63,782 nucleotides of DNA from Stylophora pistillata (lineage: Eukaryota), in the NCBI RefSeq assembly GCF_002571385.2, contig NW_019218399.1, forward strand, positions 42,337 through 106,118, given 5' to 3'. Within the stretch, counting starts at the first letter, position 1, and each line of letters starts with the position of its first letter. The position numbers and the translations under genes are program-made. Shown here piece by piece: positions 61,789-63,782 of the stretch. Under the pieces are notes generated by a model. That model was not told the DNA's origin. It searched no databases and saw only the letters and a program-made list of their open reading frames with translations.

Positions 61789-63546
61789 TTAAATCATTCC
61801 AAAAAAGGCACCAGCAAAAGCATAGTCATACAAATTGTGTAGTTCTTGAACTTGTAAAAGTGGGCTGGTTAATGATCCTCTTGGAATGGTGAGGCAGTTT
61901 GTACATGTGTTAGCTCTTGGTAAGAAATTACCACCAAAGACCTCAGCAAATACAATTTAGGGATGTGACGAAAACCCAAGCACTGGCTCTTCATCACCGG
62001 TGGTGAACTGCAGGATGTGTTCCAACGTCAAGTCTTCTCTTCTTCCACCTAGGAAAGTTAGGTTACCAAAAAAAGACTGCTACATGTCAGCTGCTGAAAA
62101 AATGTCTGTTTGTTATCACAACATTTTACTAATTTTGGAAAAATGTTAAAAATTTCATATTTTAAGATGGTTCCTGTAAATAAAATGCACTTACTTGCAA
62201 CTTCTCTTAAGTACTTAATAAAGATGCTGTAAGCTTCTCCTTCAAACTTTCTGCTGTTGGTGCCTTCCTCACTGCATGAAGTCAGGCTCTAGAAGTGATG
62301 TTAACTGCTTTAGTGTTAAAGTGGCCTTTTCTACTTTTCGGAAGAGATGCATTAGAAGAGTTATTTCTTTTGCAACCTATGTGAAATGAATGAGTAATAA
62401 ATGATTTTATCATCTAAGAGATATGTTCTGATATGTTAACATAAATAAACCATTTCCAGTACTTGGCACGAGCATGGATACATATTGCTAGCTACCATGC
62501 AAAAATTCCAAGACTTCCCCCGAGTTGTATGCTTCACATTAAGTTTCCTCTAATTTCTTCAGCTCAAAACAATCACCTGAGTGAATTTGTCTTAGTATGA
62601 TGGTCAACAAGGACAGCACACGTTATCAAACCTGCTGCGATCTCATATTAATTCCCTTCTTGGTGTAAAAATTTGGAATATTCCTGTCCATATACTAAGT
62701 TCCCTGACTTTCCCATGTCCTTGACCAAAAGAAAAAAACTTCCTGACATTTTCCTGACTCATCACAAATCTGTTAAATACTACCATGGATGATGGACTTC
62801 AAATTGTTCAAATACTATATTAGAAAAACTATATAAAACTGTTGAAAAGAACAAACCTGGTAAACCCCAAGCTCACTGAGACCCTTTCGAATTGCAAGCA
62901 TACAAGGAGAAGGATTGACACCCATAAAGATTTCCTGTCATAATTCTTCTGGTATAAATCTGGGAAGTTTTCCATTCAGCAACATGCTAAGTGCTACCAA
63001 AAGAAAAAATGTTATTTGGAATAAATGGATAAAAAAATGACAATTTCCAGATATCCTACTTGCATAAGAGTTTTTAAGCATAATCAGTTGACTGATTATA
63101 CATCAAATAGCTGAATTCTGGGCTGAATCCAAAATCCAAAGAGACAACATTTGGAACAAATAATTATTACCATGGAACACAACAACGTATACATACAGCA
63201 CACAAACATAACACCTCTACTCAAAACATGAAGTGGAAAACTCACACAGACTCTCACAATAAGGAAGACTATACTTTCAATTTAGCCATGAGACAACTAC
63301 AGGTTCAGCTCACCCACCTTCACATAAGATTAAAGTGTGATGTTTACTGTACCACTAGAAATTATTTACTCTCATTGCCACATAACAGATGCTAATCATT
63401 AAACTGCAAAACTTACCAAAGATAACTGCAACTGTATGGCAATCTTTTTCCTGGTTCTCCTTTACACCATCATCAAACAATTTCTCCTTGATTTCTCTCA
63501 AAATTAGCAGGAAGAATTCTTTTCTAGGTCCACCTAAGTCCACCGC
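61789..63546 (-). pseudogene. HECT-domain E3 ubiquitin ligase-like gene (G2E3-like), disrupted; 5' exons not located
   Basis: Minus-strand exons ~63546-63417 (AVDLGGPRKEFF), 62993-62857 (TGA at 62938-40), 62376-62195 (frameshift near 62275) and 62048-61789 (ILQFTTG..EEPVLGF, TAA at 61957-59, LPRANTCTNCLTIP with the catalytic Cys, ending AFFGMI*). Confidence 0.82.
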
Positions 63547-63782
63547 TTTCCAAGTGTGATCAGAAAAAGAAAGAAGCATACGAAAGCTCATACAGTCAAA
63601 TGACCAGACATTTTAAGCATAATATCATATCTCTACATCAAGCAAGGTCTCTTATTGTCAGAAATAAATGCAAGCTAGGGTAGTACTTGTTTCAAACACC
63701 CCATATCAAAATTGTGATCCAGGCATATCTACAGGTCCTATTAATGGTGAAAAAAAAACAACAACAACTCGGGTATTAAATT

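Larger units (their letters stand above)
57987..63782. mobile_element. IS3EU-like DNA transposon (decayed); right end outside the window
   Basis: Candidate terminus TATGGCGCG at 57987, subterminal 21-bp periodic array, IS3-like DDE integrase gene (+) and a convergent HECT gene (-). Confidence 0.7.

Overview
Eukaryotic, intron-rich, AT-rich animal DNA. Repeat families and gene content look cnidarian, probably a stony coral (inference). After an assembly gap (653-1319) and a 1414-bp-period near-identical duplication, four host genes lie on the + strand; I built their exon models by hand from GT-AG sites with consistent phases. (1) A TASOR/TEX15-family gene with a DUF3715 pseudo-PARP domain, a SPOC-like domain and a ~5-kb last exon whose single frame is broken by two in-frame TGA codons. 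(2,3) Two tandem IRF1/2-like transcription factor genes. The first has a compact CCAAT-CRE-GAS-kB promoter and an IRF-element array; the second is surrounded by a cluster of NF-kB sites. (4) A secreted PAN-FReD-like-EGF-EGF_CA-D8C mosaic gene. The last 5.8 kb is a decayed IS3EU-like DNA transposon with a TATGG end, a 21-bp periodic subterminal array, an intron-containing DDE integrase and a convergent intron-containing HECT E3-ligase gene. Penelope-like remnants with hammerhead motifs and fold-back geometry, a LINE 3' fragment and several MITEs are scattered throughout. The best candidates for undescribed biology are the TASOR/TEX15-like gene linked to the IRF pair with its STAT/NF-kB/IRF regulatory grammar, and the integrase+HECT transposon. 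No searches were run; family assignments rest on motifs recognised from memory.
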